64,000 bases of DNA from Octopus vulgaris (GCA_951406725.2 OX597828.1:17484001-17548000), one strand, 5' to 3'. Numbered from the stretch's first letter, positions 13,745 through 26,975 are shown. Made by a program: numbers and translations. Notes: a model not told the origin generated them from the sequence alone.

Positions 13745-14063
13745 TGTGAAGGCGCGTTGCTTAGTGGTTAGGGTATTTGGCTCACAATTGTAAGGTCGTG
13801 AGTTCGATTCCCGGCGACGCAATATGTCCTTGAGCAAGACACTTTATTTCACGTTACTCCAGTTCACTCAGCTGGCAAAAATGAGTTGTACCTGTATTTC
13901 AAACGGCCGGCCTTGTCACATTCTGTGTCACGCTGAATCTACGTTAGGGGTACACGTGTCTGTGGATTGCTCAGTCACTTGCACGTTAATTTCACGAGCA
14001 GGCTGTTCCGTTGATCTGTCAGCTCGGACCCTCGTCGTCGTAACCGACGGAGTGAGAAGAAGA
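13745..14063 (+). mobile_element. SINE family C variant
   Basis: Head gaaggcgcgttgcttagtggttaggg...gagttcgattccc; ccttgagcaagacact core; TSD aatgttccagt at 13734-13744 and 14064-14074. Confidence 0.88.
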
Positions 14064-14984
14064 AATGTTCCAGTATGCCAGTTGTACTAGTTGTTGTTTT
14101 TGTTCTTCTTGCGGTTAACTCTGTAGTTGCTGTTTAAATTGAAGTCAGCCCTGATCGAGTAAGCAAACCTGTGATTACAAAGACGTTCCGGCCGTAAACA
14201 TTCCGGCCTCACAACATTGACCAGAATATCTGATGTCTTCCTTTTCTTTAAGTCGTTAGAATGTGGTATGAGAAAGAGACTTGACTGCTATTTCTAGTAA
14301 AGCAAGTAACCACACACAGAACAAGTTAACTCTTTGGATCATCCAGATGCAAATTCTGGCTGTAGCCACGACAGAGATGAACGAGATGAACTCAATTGCA
14401 AGAGGTACACAACACATGTTCGTCTGTCCTTATCGTTAAACGCGTAACGTATCTCACAATGTTTAGATCTAACAAGATTATTTATTGGTGCTGCTGATAT
14501 GCGAGTTCTATGTTTGTCTAGACTGAACTGGGGGTGGGGGCATTGTTTTTACGACGGCAGTATAGTAGTGTTTGTTCTGTGGTGTTCTTATGTGTCTAGC
14601 TGTTTGGAGAGTAGCAGGGATTATGTGTTGTAGTTTGGAACTTGCTGCGTCAACAAAATATGCTCGCTGTATATTCAGGTGCTCTTAATGCCTTGAATAG
14701 TTTTCCTTTCGCTGCGTTGATAAAGCCGTAGATGCGGTGTGTATGCAAGCTGTGACGATATGGAGCACGTTGTTTTGTGAACTTTGTAGTTTGTTGTGAA
14801 GGAATTAGGGGTGGCCGAGCAAACATCAGTTACTATGTGATAGATCTAATAAATATATATTGTTTCTTGTACACTGGTGTTGTTGTTTCTTTGTATTGGT
14901 AGAATTCTGGTGTCTTTAAATGTGTGCTTATAGTGTATCTGTGTGCGCTTTGAATGTTGAAGACTGTTATTTTACTTATGTCTT

Positions 14985-15135
14985 TGTGTGTGTGTGTATG
15001 TGTGTGTGTGTGCCTGAGCGCATGCGCGTGTGTGTGTGCCTGAGCGCATGCGCGTGTGTGTGTGCCTGAGCGCATGCGCGCGCGCGCGCGCGTGTGTGTG
15101 TGTGTGCCTGAGCGCATGCGTGTGTACACGTGCTC
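14985..15135. repeat. Minisatellite of gcctgagcgcatgcg(c) units separated by (GT)n, with a (CG)n run
   Basis: Four copies of gcctgagcgcatgcg read directly. Confidence 0.9.
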
Positions 15136-15219
15136 ATGTGTGTATATATGTGAATGAAAGAGAGAGAGAGAGAGAGAGAGACAAAGAACAGTGAGAGAGC
15201 TTGCTTACATTCCTTTCTG

Positions 15220-15425
15220 CTAAAGGCACAAGGCCTGAAATTTTCAAGGTGGAGACGAATCGATTACATCGACCCAGTATTCGACTGGTACTTATTTTAT
15301 CGATTCCGAAAGAATGACAGGCAAAGCTGACCCCGGTGGGATTTGAACCTAGAACGTAAAGACGCAAGAGATCCCGCTGAGCATTTTCCCGGACGTGCTA
15401 ACAATTCTGCTAACTACCCGCCTTC
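15220..15425 (-). mobile_element. SINE family A
   Basis: ctggtacttattttatcgattccgaaagaatgacaggcaaag...gatttgaacc. Confidence 0.8.
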
Positions 15426-16279
15426 GAACTTACTTATATTGGTTATTTGTTGTTCTTCTGGTGTCTTTTTTTTTTGGGGGGGGGGGGTGATTTTAAAATG
15501 GCGATGATAGATTTGTCATTTGGTAGGTGACATTTTTATACTATTTGTGGAAAATTAAAATTCTCGGTTGCTGATGTAGGTTCGGGATAGACGAACATCA
15601 CTAACTTGTCAACGGTAGGACATGGTAAATATTGTTACCTCTATATATGCTCTGTGCACAGAGAGAGAGAGAGGGAGAGAGAGGGAGAGAGAGAGAGACA
15701 GACAGAGAGAGACAGAGACAGAGACAGACAGATAGATAAACAGACAGACAGAGACAGACAGACAGAGAGACAGACAAATAGGAGTGTGGATATAAAATTA
15801 ATACAATGAATATGGGAGTGAATCCTAGCTGTACTCCGTTCAGAAGATTTCCGATGCTAGATGCGTTGTTATCACATGATGTATTGATGCATATGGGCAG
15901 TGTATTGGCAGAGTCCATTGTGACAGATGAAATGTCGTGCGATACTTAATCATGTCATTTCGCGCTCGGTGTCTGAGTTCAAATCTTACCTATGTTGAAT
16001 TCTACTTTCTTTCTGTCGGTGTCACGTACTGGAATTGTGCTTATATTAGCAATATAAGCACAATTCAACTGTGCTTATATTAGCAATAATTAAACACAAC
16101 GTAACGATAGCGACCTAAAATGTGGTGCGCTAACCATAAATGTGGTTTGCTAACGATAGCGACCTGAAATGTGGTGTGTTATGTTGTTGTTGCTGTTTTG
16201 TTTATTTTACCGAACTGTTTAGTATCATGTTGGTAGGTATCGAGGATTGGAGTCATTATATATTTTTAGTACAAGGCAG

Positions 16280-16740
16280 CAGCTGGTAGAATCATTGGAG
16301 CATAGAGAGAAAAGCTTGCTTCGAGGTATTTTTCTGGCTTTTTACGTTATAAGTTCCACTGAGGCTAATATTACCTTTCATCCTTTCTGTGTCCATAAAT
16401 TAAAGTACCTGTCAAGTACTGGGGTGAATGACATAGACTAACTCCTCCCCTCAAATGTTTTGCCTGAATTAGAAACCATTATATATTCATTGTGTGGAGG
16501 CGCGTGGCTTAGTGGTTAAGTTATTGAACTCATGATCGTAAGGTTGTGGTTTCGATTCCTGGACGAGACGACGCGTTGTGTTCTTGAGCAAAACACTTCA
16601 TTTCACGTTGCTCCAGTCCACTCAGCTGACAGAAATGAGTCGTCCTGCGACGGACCGGCGTCCCATCCGGGTGAGGAATTTCTACGCCACTGAAACCGGG
16701 AAACCGGCCCTTATGAGCCTGGCATGGCTCGAGAAGGAAC
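16280..16740 (+). mobile_element. SINE A (degenerate) followed by SINE C variant (16495-16740)
   Basis: ctttcatcctttctgtgtccataaattaaagtacc; ggaggcgcgtggcttagtggttaag...gtttcgattcc...ttgagcaaaacacttcatttcacgttgctccagtccactcagctg. Confidence 0.8.
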
Positions 16741-17583
16741 ATTTATTAAAATTTTTTTGTTATGTATATTCATTGTACAACGTCTATTCATAGTTGTATT
16801 TTAGTCTTGAATCAATCTTGCTTATGCAAAACTAACGATCAAAGGCACACAAACCGTAGCAATCATATTTTTAAAGAGTATGAATACGGTTGTCACTTCC
16901 AGCATACGTTTGTCATTTCTTGTAACACTCATAATATCTCCATCATTCGCTCATTTTTAGATGTGGTGCGGTGATGCAGGGAGTGTGGCACTTCAGTTTA
17001 GAGAGCAGAACCTAAGTTGGAAATGCATGAAATATTGTTATCAGACATTCAAAATATTTGATTTATTCTTTAGATATGCTTCGGATAGTGATCAGTCTGG
17101 GTAGTGTTACTCTTCTTGGTTTTCTTGTCATGTTTTTAGGGATGATATAATTCCGATCTTTATGAAGATTATAGTTATTTCGTAATGTTTGTGCGGGTAG
17201 TTCATAATACTGGTGAATGAAAAATACCTTCAGGTTGTATACGTTTTAGATATCTTTGAGATAATATCAAGCCTTGAGGCTTTAAGTGAGATTTTTCCTG
17301 CTGATATTCAAATGTTTAGTAGAAGGAAGGGGTTAAAGTTATTACGTTAGTGAGTTTTTTTATCTCAGAGTTTGTGAGATTTTTTTTCTTTTAATATTAA
17401 TTTTTGGTTAGTTTTAGAAATGTATTTGACAAATTAGTTTGTATGTTGTTGGAATGTGTGTATGTTACATGACGTTGTTTTTTCGCCGTTGCTGGAGTTG
17501 ATTAGGCGTGGTAATTACATTATATGGTGTCTTGCCGTCTTTTTTACTTCGGTTATTAATATTTGCCACTGTTTCTTCAGAGC

Positions 17584-17626
<43 letters not shown>

Positions 17627-19076
17627 AAAAAAGTTCTCTATCGAACTAACGCAGAAGCCTTTACAAAATGACTAGACAAGTCAACATTAGCAACCGAATC
17701 TCTTATCGTCATAACAATGGAAAGATTTTTTTGGAAAAATCCAATCCTAAGGAGAAAAAAAACGTGGCAAAACCTTATGATTGCCACTTCTCGAACGTCG
17801 ATCGAGAGATAAAAATTGTTGGCGGAGAAAATTACCAAAAACAAAAAAAAAAGCAGAAAAAAAAACTGTATACATTTCAGCACTAAGCATGTAAACTGTT
17901 CGAAGGCATCGACTCCGAACGAGAGAGATAATAAGAACGACGGAAAGATAGCAGCACCCAAACAACAAAATTCACACGCAAACACAGAATACAAAGCAGA
18001 AAAAGAAAACCGTCATCTAAATATATCTTCAATCACAACATAAACATAACGCAAAACACCGGAAATACCGACATTAATTTCCTATTAAACTTCTCAGCTC
18101 TAACAACGATCTTGCTCAAGATACTACATTGATAACAAGCAAACAAACAAACAAAGGAAGAAACAAATAAAAAGCAAGCAATATAAATTGCAAGTACGAA
18201 AATAGCCAATGTAAATTATATCATCATAAGGAAAAATAAGTTAAACTTGCTGTAATACAAAAAACATCGAACTTCATAGATACTGGGAATACAACTTGAA
18301 TAAAATTAGAGCTGAAGAATTTACTAGAAATGCATTCATTCATGACTAATCTAAGAAAATGAATTGCAGTAATAGAATTAACATATAGATACCACTGTTA
18401 ACCTCATGAGGTGAGCTGGAGCTCCATTATCTCAATGCACTTCCGAATATCATCAGTGTGGAAAAATAACAGTACTCATGTCCTGGCACAAGCATAATAC
18501 AGTTAATACATGATGAGACAGTATAGTAGGACATTAAAATCTTTGCATTTTATTAATGTTCAGTCAGAACAACGAGAAAACTACAACCATGAGTTTTCCA
18601 GATCATCCAAACTTAAGGGGATAGGAAGGAAGGAGAAGGAATGGAAGAGGGGGAGGAGGAGGAGGAGGAGGAGGAGGAGGAGGATGAATTCCCGTCGCAC
18701 TGGAAACCTTATATGAATGCTTGCAACATATTTCACATCGCTAATATCATCCAGTTACAAGATGGGGTTGTTAAACCGGGAAAAAAAATTATTTCACAGT
18801 AAATATAAACCCATATCTTCGTTAAAATACACAGCTCCTTCTCAGGCATCACCAGCTTCTCCACAGTTTTAGCTACTACACTCACATGCGAACTAGTTCC
18901 CTAATTCAGTCCCGATCACCTCTTTGCCCTCATCACAAAACACTCCCAGAGAAATGAACTATACAAAAGCAGTTTCACAAATATTTAGTCTAACCATTTA
19001 CATACCACGAAGCAGAATAATACTTCATATAATACAGAAACATTACCACCACCAATATAAACACTGCAGTGTAGAT

Positions 19077-19331
19077 CAGTGGTTCTCAACATGGGTTCAT
19101 ATGAACTTTAGAGGTCCATATAAGATTTTGATGCTAAACTTTACGTGCAATAAACTGTTTTTTCTACAATACACAACATATTTTAAGATTGTGTTTTTAT
19201 ATAATTCCTAATAATATATGGTTATACAAATACAATAGGAATCTTTAAACATGACATGGTTATGAAAGTCCACCCGAGTAAAAAAGGACTTAAAGAGGTC
19301 CATAGGTAAAAAAAATGGTTGCGAACAACTG
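19077..19331 (+). mobile_element. hAT (Charlie-like) MITE
   Basis: TIRs cagtggttctcaac / gttgcgaacaactg; TSD gtgtagat (19069-19076) / atgtagat (19332-19339). Confidence 0.85.
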
Positions 19332-19946
19332 ATGTAGATGGTCGACAAAATAAATGTGAAGACATACAAAAAAATCTAACATGCACGGCAACATTAAAAA
19401 ATACACCTCGAACTACAAAATTAAAAAATATAATAATAAAGGATTAAAAAACTGACGATAGTCTAAGGAGTATATACACCACTATACATTAATAGACTAA
19501 AATATAACAGCATAAACTGTAAAAGTCTGTGCTTATGTATGCGAGAGCGTAGATGAGTGCGTATGTGATTTGTAGGTACGTACTTTATTGAAGCGAGATG
19601 GAGGAACTCACTGAAAGTTTACGCAGTAAGGGTCCTTCTCGATGCAGACAGAGTAAACTAGAATGGTTTATTGTTATATAGGGTATACTATGATGTGGAT
19701 ATGCATCATACATATATCATGTTATATTTGAGCGTGTGTGTGAACAAGGATAAAATCGTATAAATGATAATATCAAGTAACCAACAAGATATAAATCCTT
19801 GTGGGTAAATTATACTAAAATAATAATTATATACATACATTATATAATTATATAACGGAACAGGAAAAATACCCTGCCCCAATATGTAAGAAATGCGGGT
19901 TATAGACGGGCAAATGAAAAATACAAGATAAAACTCCACAGTCAAT

Positions 19947-20008
19947 TGTGTATTGGTCCAATTTCGAGATTAAAGCAGTAAAATAGCTTATTTCCTATCC
20001 TCAGCACA
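19947..20008 (-). ncRNA. Type I hammerhead ribozyme motif
   Basis: On - strand: tgtg-CTGAGGA-taggaaataagc..gctttaatctc-GAAA-ttgg-a-ccaa-TA-caca; stems I and III intact, stem II partly mismatched. Confidence 0.72.
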
Positions 20009-20141
20009 TCATTCAAAGAAACATAGTCACAAATATTTATACATACCCCCACAAATTCGTATGATCATGTGAAAATATACGCTCTTATGCTTCAAAATAC
20101 AGTCAAATTTTTACTTTTAATTCAGCCGCGTATTTTTTAAA

Positions 20142-20237
<96 letters not shown>

Positions 20238-20527
20238 AAATAAATTAGGGTACTGGAATACCATTTGCTAAAACTAGGAGATAACACACCAAAACCACAA
20301 GTTTTTCTCTGTTAAGAAACACGCACGGTGAATGTGACGAATATAATAAAAATTAGCTTTACCTTGTATAGCAAGAATCTATTTAGACTAAACTTGCTGA
20401 CCACTTTATTATTATTGTTACATTTAATAATGTTAATAATACTTTATCAAATTTATATATATAAATACACACATATATGTATATATGGAATAACTACTAT
20501 GAAGTATTGCGTAGAATATATTGTATG

Positions 20528-20773
20528 AAAGATCGTGGGTAAGGCCAAAACAATGCGAAGTAAATGCAAGGTAAATCACAAGGAAACAAATATGGGACTT
20601 AATGTAGACAATCCACACACGATCACACACATGCACATCGGAAACATTCTTGAAACGGGGGTCATAACCCCGAAATATTGAATACAAGGTAAGTCTACAT
20701 TTATTCACACATTTGTTTTCCTGTAATTTGCCTTGCATTTACTTCGCATTGATTTGGCCTTACCCACGATCCT

Positions 20774-20775
<2 letters not shown>
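20528..20775. repeat. Foldback element, ~82-bp inverted arms (20528-20609 / 20693-20775), abutting (TA)n
   Basis: gatcgtgggtaaggccaaaacaatgcgaagtaaatgcaagg versus ccttgcatttacttcgcattgatttggccttacccacgatc. Confidence 0.9.
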
Positions 20776-20832
<57 letters not shown>

Positions 20833-21210
20833 AGTATATAGTGTAGGATATTGTATGTTACCATGTTTTATGATATCATATGGAAGTACACAATAATGTA
20901 ACAAGTAAAAACAACTGTAAAACAGTATAGCTTTGTGGATTAGCAGAATGTGTTCTAAATAGAAGCAACATATTATTTGAAGGAAGTGTATAAGAGTGCA
21001 TTGTTATCTGATACACATGACTGTAAAGTTGTGTGGCGTACAATAGTATATAAAAGATTGCAATATGGCCGTATATTATGCTAACATGATTTTATTGTTA
21101 GTCTTATGTTATTTTCATTCGATCAGACTCTTTTCACAGTAATTTCATCTGTAATTCTAATATTCTTTTACTTTCTTTAAAACCATGTGGGAAATACATG
21201 TAGAAAAAAA

Positions 21211-22233
21211 TATTCGATTTTTGGATGTTACTTCAGTAGATGGTTTAAGTTTTAACAATTTACTTCTGTTCTTTTTGCTAGAATTATCTATGCTAGTGAA
21301 AATGTTTGATGAAGTCTCTACAGAATCCTCTTGACACTCGTCATTTCTGCTTGTTGTAGCTTGATATGAATTGGAAAATTACTAAAGGCATTTCTTTCTC
21401 TTCTGTCAGCTCAATGAGCAACCGTGTGTATTATAAGCAGGCTGATGACTGTTATATGTTAATGTCTCGGCAACTGACCGCTAGTGCTTCAGTCAGTTCT
21501 ATAGGTCAAGATCATTGACAAGAGACGATGATATACATAAGAGATGACTAGCTAATCGTACGTTACACGTCCAGCTTAATCAAGCTCACAATAAAAGTAA
21601 AATAGCCGTAAGAGATCTCTAGAGCAGGCGATTTTTCAGATGAAGCGAATATATAATATAACCTCAACTACAGCACTGAAGTTCTGGAATTCATGAATTG
21701 TTCTCATCTCTGCTGATAATCCTAGAGGCAATATTCATCACATACAAGAGATAGATATTTGCAGTTGGTCACAGGAGATTATCTACCGAATAGTTATTCA
21801 AATGAAGCTATTTGAATAGAATAAACTTTATACTTGGAAATTCCAAAGCGAAAAACAAACTATTTTCATTGTAAAATTAATGCGATAGCCGTATTATATT
21901 TTTCTGTTTACAAGAAAAAGGAAAAACGGTAACACAATAGACTGATTGCTTTCACTCGTCTGCGAAGTTTTGTAATTAATTCCAACGTGACTGTTGTTGA
22001 ACATCGGGGTTAAAAGTTAGCGAGGAATGAGTTTCATAGACCATGTGAAACAGAAAACATTCTGTGTGTTTTTATCAGGACATATTTCCTATCAAATTAT
22101 TTCCTAATTGCACTAATTAACTGTAATTATGTAGTATTACACATGTACTTATATGTTTGCATGTATATATACACGTATAGGTATGCACATACACACACAC
22201 ACACACATATATATATATACATATATATATATT

Positions 22234-22280
<47 letters not shown>

Positions 22281-23260
22281 CGATTTTTGGATGTTACTTC
22301 AGTAGATGGTTTAAGTTTTAACAATTTACTTCTGTTCTTTTTGCTGGAATTATCTATGCTAGTGAAAATGTTTGATGAAGTCTCTACAGAATCCTCTTGA
22401 CACTCGTCATTTCTGCTTGTTGTAGCTTGATATGAATTGGAAAATTACTAAAGGCATTTCTTTCTCTTCTGTCAGCTCAATGAGCAACCGTGTGTATTAT
22501 AAGCAGGCTGATGACTGTTATATGTTAATGTCTCGGCAACTGACCGCTAGTGCTTCAGTCAGTTCTATAGGTCAAGATCATTGACAAGAGACGATGATAT
22601 ACATAAGAGATGACTAGCTAATCGTACGTTACACGTCCAGCTTAATCAAGCTCACAATAAAAGTAAAATAGCCGTAAGAGATCTCTAGAGCAGGCGATTT
22701 TTCAGATGAAGCGAATATATAATATAACCTCAACTACAGCGTTGAAGTTCTAGAATTCATGAATTGTTCTCATCTCTGCTGATAATCCTAGAGGCAATAT
22801 TCATCACATACAAGAGATAGATATTTGCAGTTGGTCACAGGAGATTATCTACCGAATAGTTATTCAAATGAAGCTATTTGAATAGAATAAACTTTATACT
22901 TGGAAATTCCAAAGCGAAAAACAAACTATTTTCATTGTAAAATTAATGCGATAGCCGTATTATATTTTTCTGTTTACAAGAAAAAGGAAAAACGTAACAC
23001 AATAGACTGATTGCTTTCACTCGTCTGCGAAGTTTTGTAATTAATTCCAACGTGACTGTTGTTGAACATCGGGGTTAAAAGTTAGCGAGGAATGAGTTTC
23101 ATAGACCATGTGAAACAGAAAACATTCTGTGTGTTTTTATCAGGACTTTCCTATCAAATTATTTCCTAATTGCACTAATTAACTGTAATTATGTAGTATT
23201 ACACATGTACTTATATGTTTGTATGTATATATACGTATAGGTATGCACATACACACACAC

Positions 23261-23280
<20 letters not shown>
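21211..23280. repeat. Near-identical tandem duplication, period 1066 bp
   Basis: tattcgatttttggatgttac begins at 21211 and 22277; only a few substitutions and small indels differ. Confidence 0.97.
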
Positions 23281-23345
<65 letters not shown>

Positions 23346-23809
23346 TATGTATATATATATATATATACACATACAAACGCATAGACACATTACTCACGAA
23401 CACCCTCACACACATACATACTCACACACACTGACGCGCGTGCGAAAGCTAGCATTGCTGAGCAATTATAGTAGTTATGACTAGCTCATTAGCATGCATG
23501 GCTAGAATAAAGTAATAACTATCTCGGCTTTCCAAAATGTTTTGTTAATGAAATGACTAATCCTTCAGTGAGAAATAAAATTCTCAATTAAGGAATTAAT
23601 TCTGGCAATTTTTGATTACAGCATCACGCTGTGGGTGAGAACAGTCGCGTTCTTCATTATAATCCATTCAATCGTATCGATTTCTATTAAATGGGGCTGT
23701 ACAATTTTGATGTAGCCATATATACAGTTAACCAGACTGTAAAACGAGGAGTCTGTGTCTCATGCTTCTTTAGTTTAATAAAAAGATAGCATACACTATC
23801 ACAGTCTCT

Positions 23810-24226
23810 TATTTCTTTATTGCACACAAGGGGCTAAACGTAGAGGGGACGAACAAGGACAGACAAACGGATTAAGTCGATTATATCGACCCCAGTGGGT
23901 AACTGGTACTTAATTTATCGACACCGAATGGAAGAAAGGCAAAGTCGACCTCGGTGGAATTTGAACTCGGAACGTAACGGCGGAAGAAATAACTATTTCT
24001 TTACTACCCACAAGGGGCTAAACACAGAGGGGACGAACAAGGACAGACAAACGGATTAAGTCGATTATATCGACCCCAGTGCGTAACTGGTACTTATTCA
24101 ATCGACCCTGAAAGGAAGAAAGGCAAAGTCGACCTCGGTGGAATTTGAACTCGGAACGTAACGGCGGACGAAATACCGCTAAGCATTTCGCCCGGCGTGC
24201 TAACGTTTCAGCCCACTCGCCGCCCT
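23810..24226 (-). mobile_element. SINE family A dimer (one head, two ~184-bp body units)
   Basis: Tails at ~23810 and ~23994; 14-bp TSD ctatcacagtctct at 23796-23809 and 24227-24240. Confidence 0.92.
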
Positions 24227-24250
24227 CTATCACAGTCTCTCGACAAACGA

Positions 24251-24296
<46 letters not shown>

Positions 24297-24580
24297 CCCC
24301 TCTTTCTCTCTCTATCTCTCTTTCGTATTATTCTTGTCACTGAATCTGATTATTATTTTGTTCTGAACATTTTTGACTGTGTTTGCATTTCTCCTACGCA
24401 GACTTATGTATATTCTATTATACCTTGATAATGTCTGGACTTTGATTCCATCTGAGAGGCAGCCGGTATGAATAAAACGTTAAACTGTTTTGCTATGCAA
24501 ATTTATAGCTCCAGCTCTGTGTTGAGTATACAACCAGACTGACTGCTTCCTTGACTAGCGGTAGGTCAAATGATGCAGTC

Positions 24581-24624
24581 ACCTCTGATGAGAAATAAGT
24601 TAGTTTCGAAAATCCATTAAAGCC
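24581..24624 (+). ncRNA. Minimal hammerhead ribozyme core with decayed stem I
   Basis: CTGATGA(24585-24591)-gaaat-aagtta-gtttc-GAAA(24608-24611)-atccat-TA; stems II and III pair, stem I poor. Confidence 0.55.
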
Positions 24625-25274
24625 GTTCAAATACATTTATTTATTTATGATTTCATTCTACAGGGAAATAGTTGAATTTACCATGTTTGACGAATGAACA
24701 TGGCGTGTTTATTTCTACATATATATAATAGACTATAATCATATACATGATTATAGGCTATATTTTAAGAGCGGTGAGGTGGGAGGATCGTCAAAGAGCT
24801 GCTAAAGAAATATGCCTGGTTATATTTCATCCGATTTCTAACGCGCTGCGTTGAAATCTGTCCGAGGACAACATTGTGTTTCACTCCACCGAGATCGATG
24901 CAATAAAGTACCCGCCTAGGACCGGTTTCGGTGGTATCGATTAACACCTTTCCTACTAAATTTCTGGCCATGTGCCTAAATATGATGGTGCATCGGATAA
25001 AATGATTAGTAATATTTATTACGTTCAAATTCCACCGGAGTCAGTATTCCTTTTCATCCCTCATATTAAAGAATTAAAGGATGTAGATTTAGTTTCATCC
25101 TCAACCTCTGTCTGATATTCGGAATGTAGTAATCTGATACTAATTCAGATTCAAGTATAATTAATTCAAAGGAAGAGATAAAAGGGATACACACACACAC
25201 ACACACATATGTGTGTATGTATGTATATATGTATGAATGTATGTGTGTGTGTATGTATGTATGTATGAATACCA

Positions 25275-25690
25275 GTGGCTGTGAGGCGCAGGCATCGCTG
25301 TGACCAGGCGCAACCGTGGTTCTGTGGAAAGAAGCTTGTGTCCCAACCACATGGTGCCGGGTTCAGTCCACTACGTGGCACCTTGGGCAAATGTCTTCTA
25401 TTATAGCCTCGGCCCAACCAAAGTGGATTTGTGAGTGGATTTGGTAGACGGAAACACTGAAAGGAGCTCACATACATATATATGCATGTATATATGTATG
25501 TATGTATGTATATATTTGAGTGTTTTTGTCTGTCTCCCCCCTTCATCGCTTGTCAACCGATGTTGGTGCGTTTGTTTCCCCGTAATCGAGCAGCGTGGTT
25601 TAAGTGACTGATAGAGTAAGTCCAGGGGTCGATTTCGTCGACTAAAAGGCGGCGCTCCAGCATGATGACAGTCAAAATGACTGCAACAAG
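25275..25690 (+). mobile_element. SINE family B
   Basis: ccacatggtgccgggttcagtccactacgtggcaccttgggcaaatg...cttgtcaaccgatgttggtg...ctccagcatgatgacagtcaaaatgactg. Confidence 0.85.
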
Positions 25691-25709
25691 AGAATATATG
25701 TATACATAC

Positions 25710-25751
<42 letters not shown>

Positions 25752-25787
25752 GTATATATATATATATGTAATCATATACACACACAC

Positions 25788-25849
<62 letters not shown>

Positions 25850-25920
25850 CAAACACACACACACACACATATATATATATGACTCCTTGCTTGTGGGATT
25901 CTTCCTCTGTCTTGCACGTG

Positions 25921-25951
<31 letters not shown>

Positions 25952-26825
25952 TACAAGTGTGACTATATATATATATCTCTCTCTCTCGCTCTTGTATTTC
26001 TAGCATTTCTCCTTTGCTTTCATTCCTTTCCTTTTTACCTCTGTCGCTCGTTCTTCCTCTCTCTTGCTGACCTTCTTCCCTGCCTGCTACTGTCACGTGA
26101 CCCGTGGTCAATTCCCCTTTTCCTTCCTTTCTTACACTGGTTCCGTAGCTGACCAGTCGCAAATTCTCTTTCTCTCTCTGTTCACCATATTTCAAGATAT
26201 TTTTCTAAGCGTTATCCACTTTCTCGTCCCGTATTTTTTTCGACTGTTCGTCCTTGTACCCCGTCCTAAATCATTCACTGTGTCATTTTGCTTGTTTGGT
26301 TTTGTTTAGTTTTCTCTAGTCCCTAATTCTCCGTAAGAAAATTATTTTTTGCTGGCACCACCAGTTGAGAAGGTCTCAGTCATATCGTTAAAGGTGCGAA
26401 AGTGAATATTACTAATTGGTCGATAACTGATGAAGAATTAGGGACATTCTGTCTGTCTCCCGTTCATTTTGATATCCAGTATACATTATGTCGTTTGTGG
26501 ATTTACCATACATATTTTCATTTATTATATATATACACACACTCGTACATCATATATACATATATACATACAGATATATATATATATATATACATATTAC
26601 ATATATATATATACTTATATATTATATGTATATACTTATATATTATATGTATATTATGTATATATTGTTAATAGTTATTAATAGAATGTAATAATTCCAA
26701 GCTAACAGAGAAAGTATATATACATATATACATAGATACCTACCTACATACATAATTATACACATACATGTATCTATATATTATATATATACACGCATAT
26801 ATATATATGCATATATATATATGCA

Positions 26826-26865
<40 letters not shown>

Positions 26866-26939
26866 CATATACATTTATCTATCTATCTATCTACCTTTTC
26901 ACTATTGATAGAATAACTAAAAAGCGGTTTGTCTCTAAA

Positions 26940-26975
<36 letters not shown>

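Noticed and set aside
14420-14985. Possible ancient PLE coding remnants (also 16900-17560 and 45300-45950)
   Set aside because: Strand-biased composition and faint motif similarity only; too decayed to call without BLASTX
18305-18345. ctgaaga...gaaatgcatt motif
   Set aside because: No stem II or stem I pairing
26319-26445. ctgatga at ~26427 with upstream complement gtccctaattct as a possible type II hammerhead
   Set aside because: The pairing extends over the would-be core as a plain imperfect inverted repeat; no properly placed GAAA, stem III or stem I
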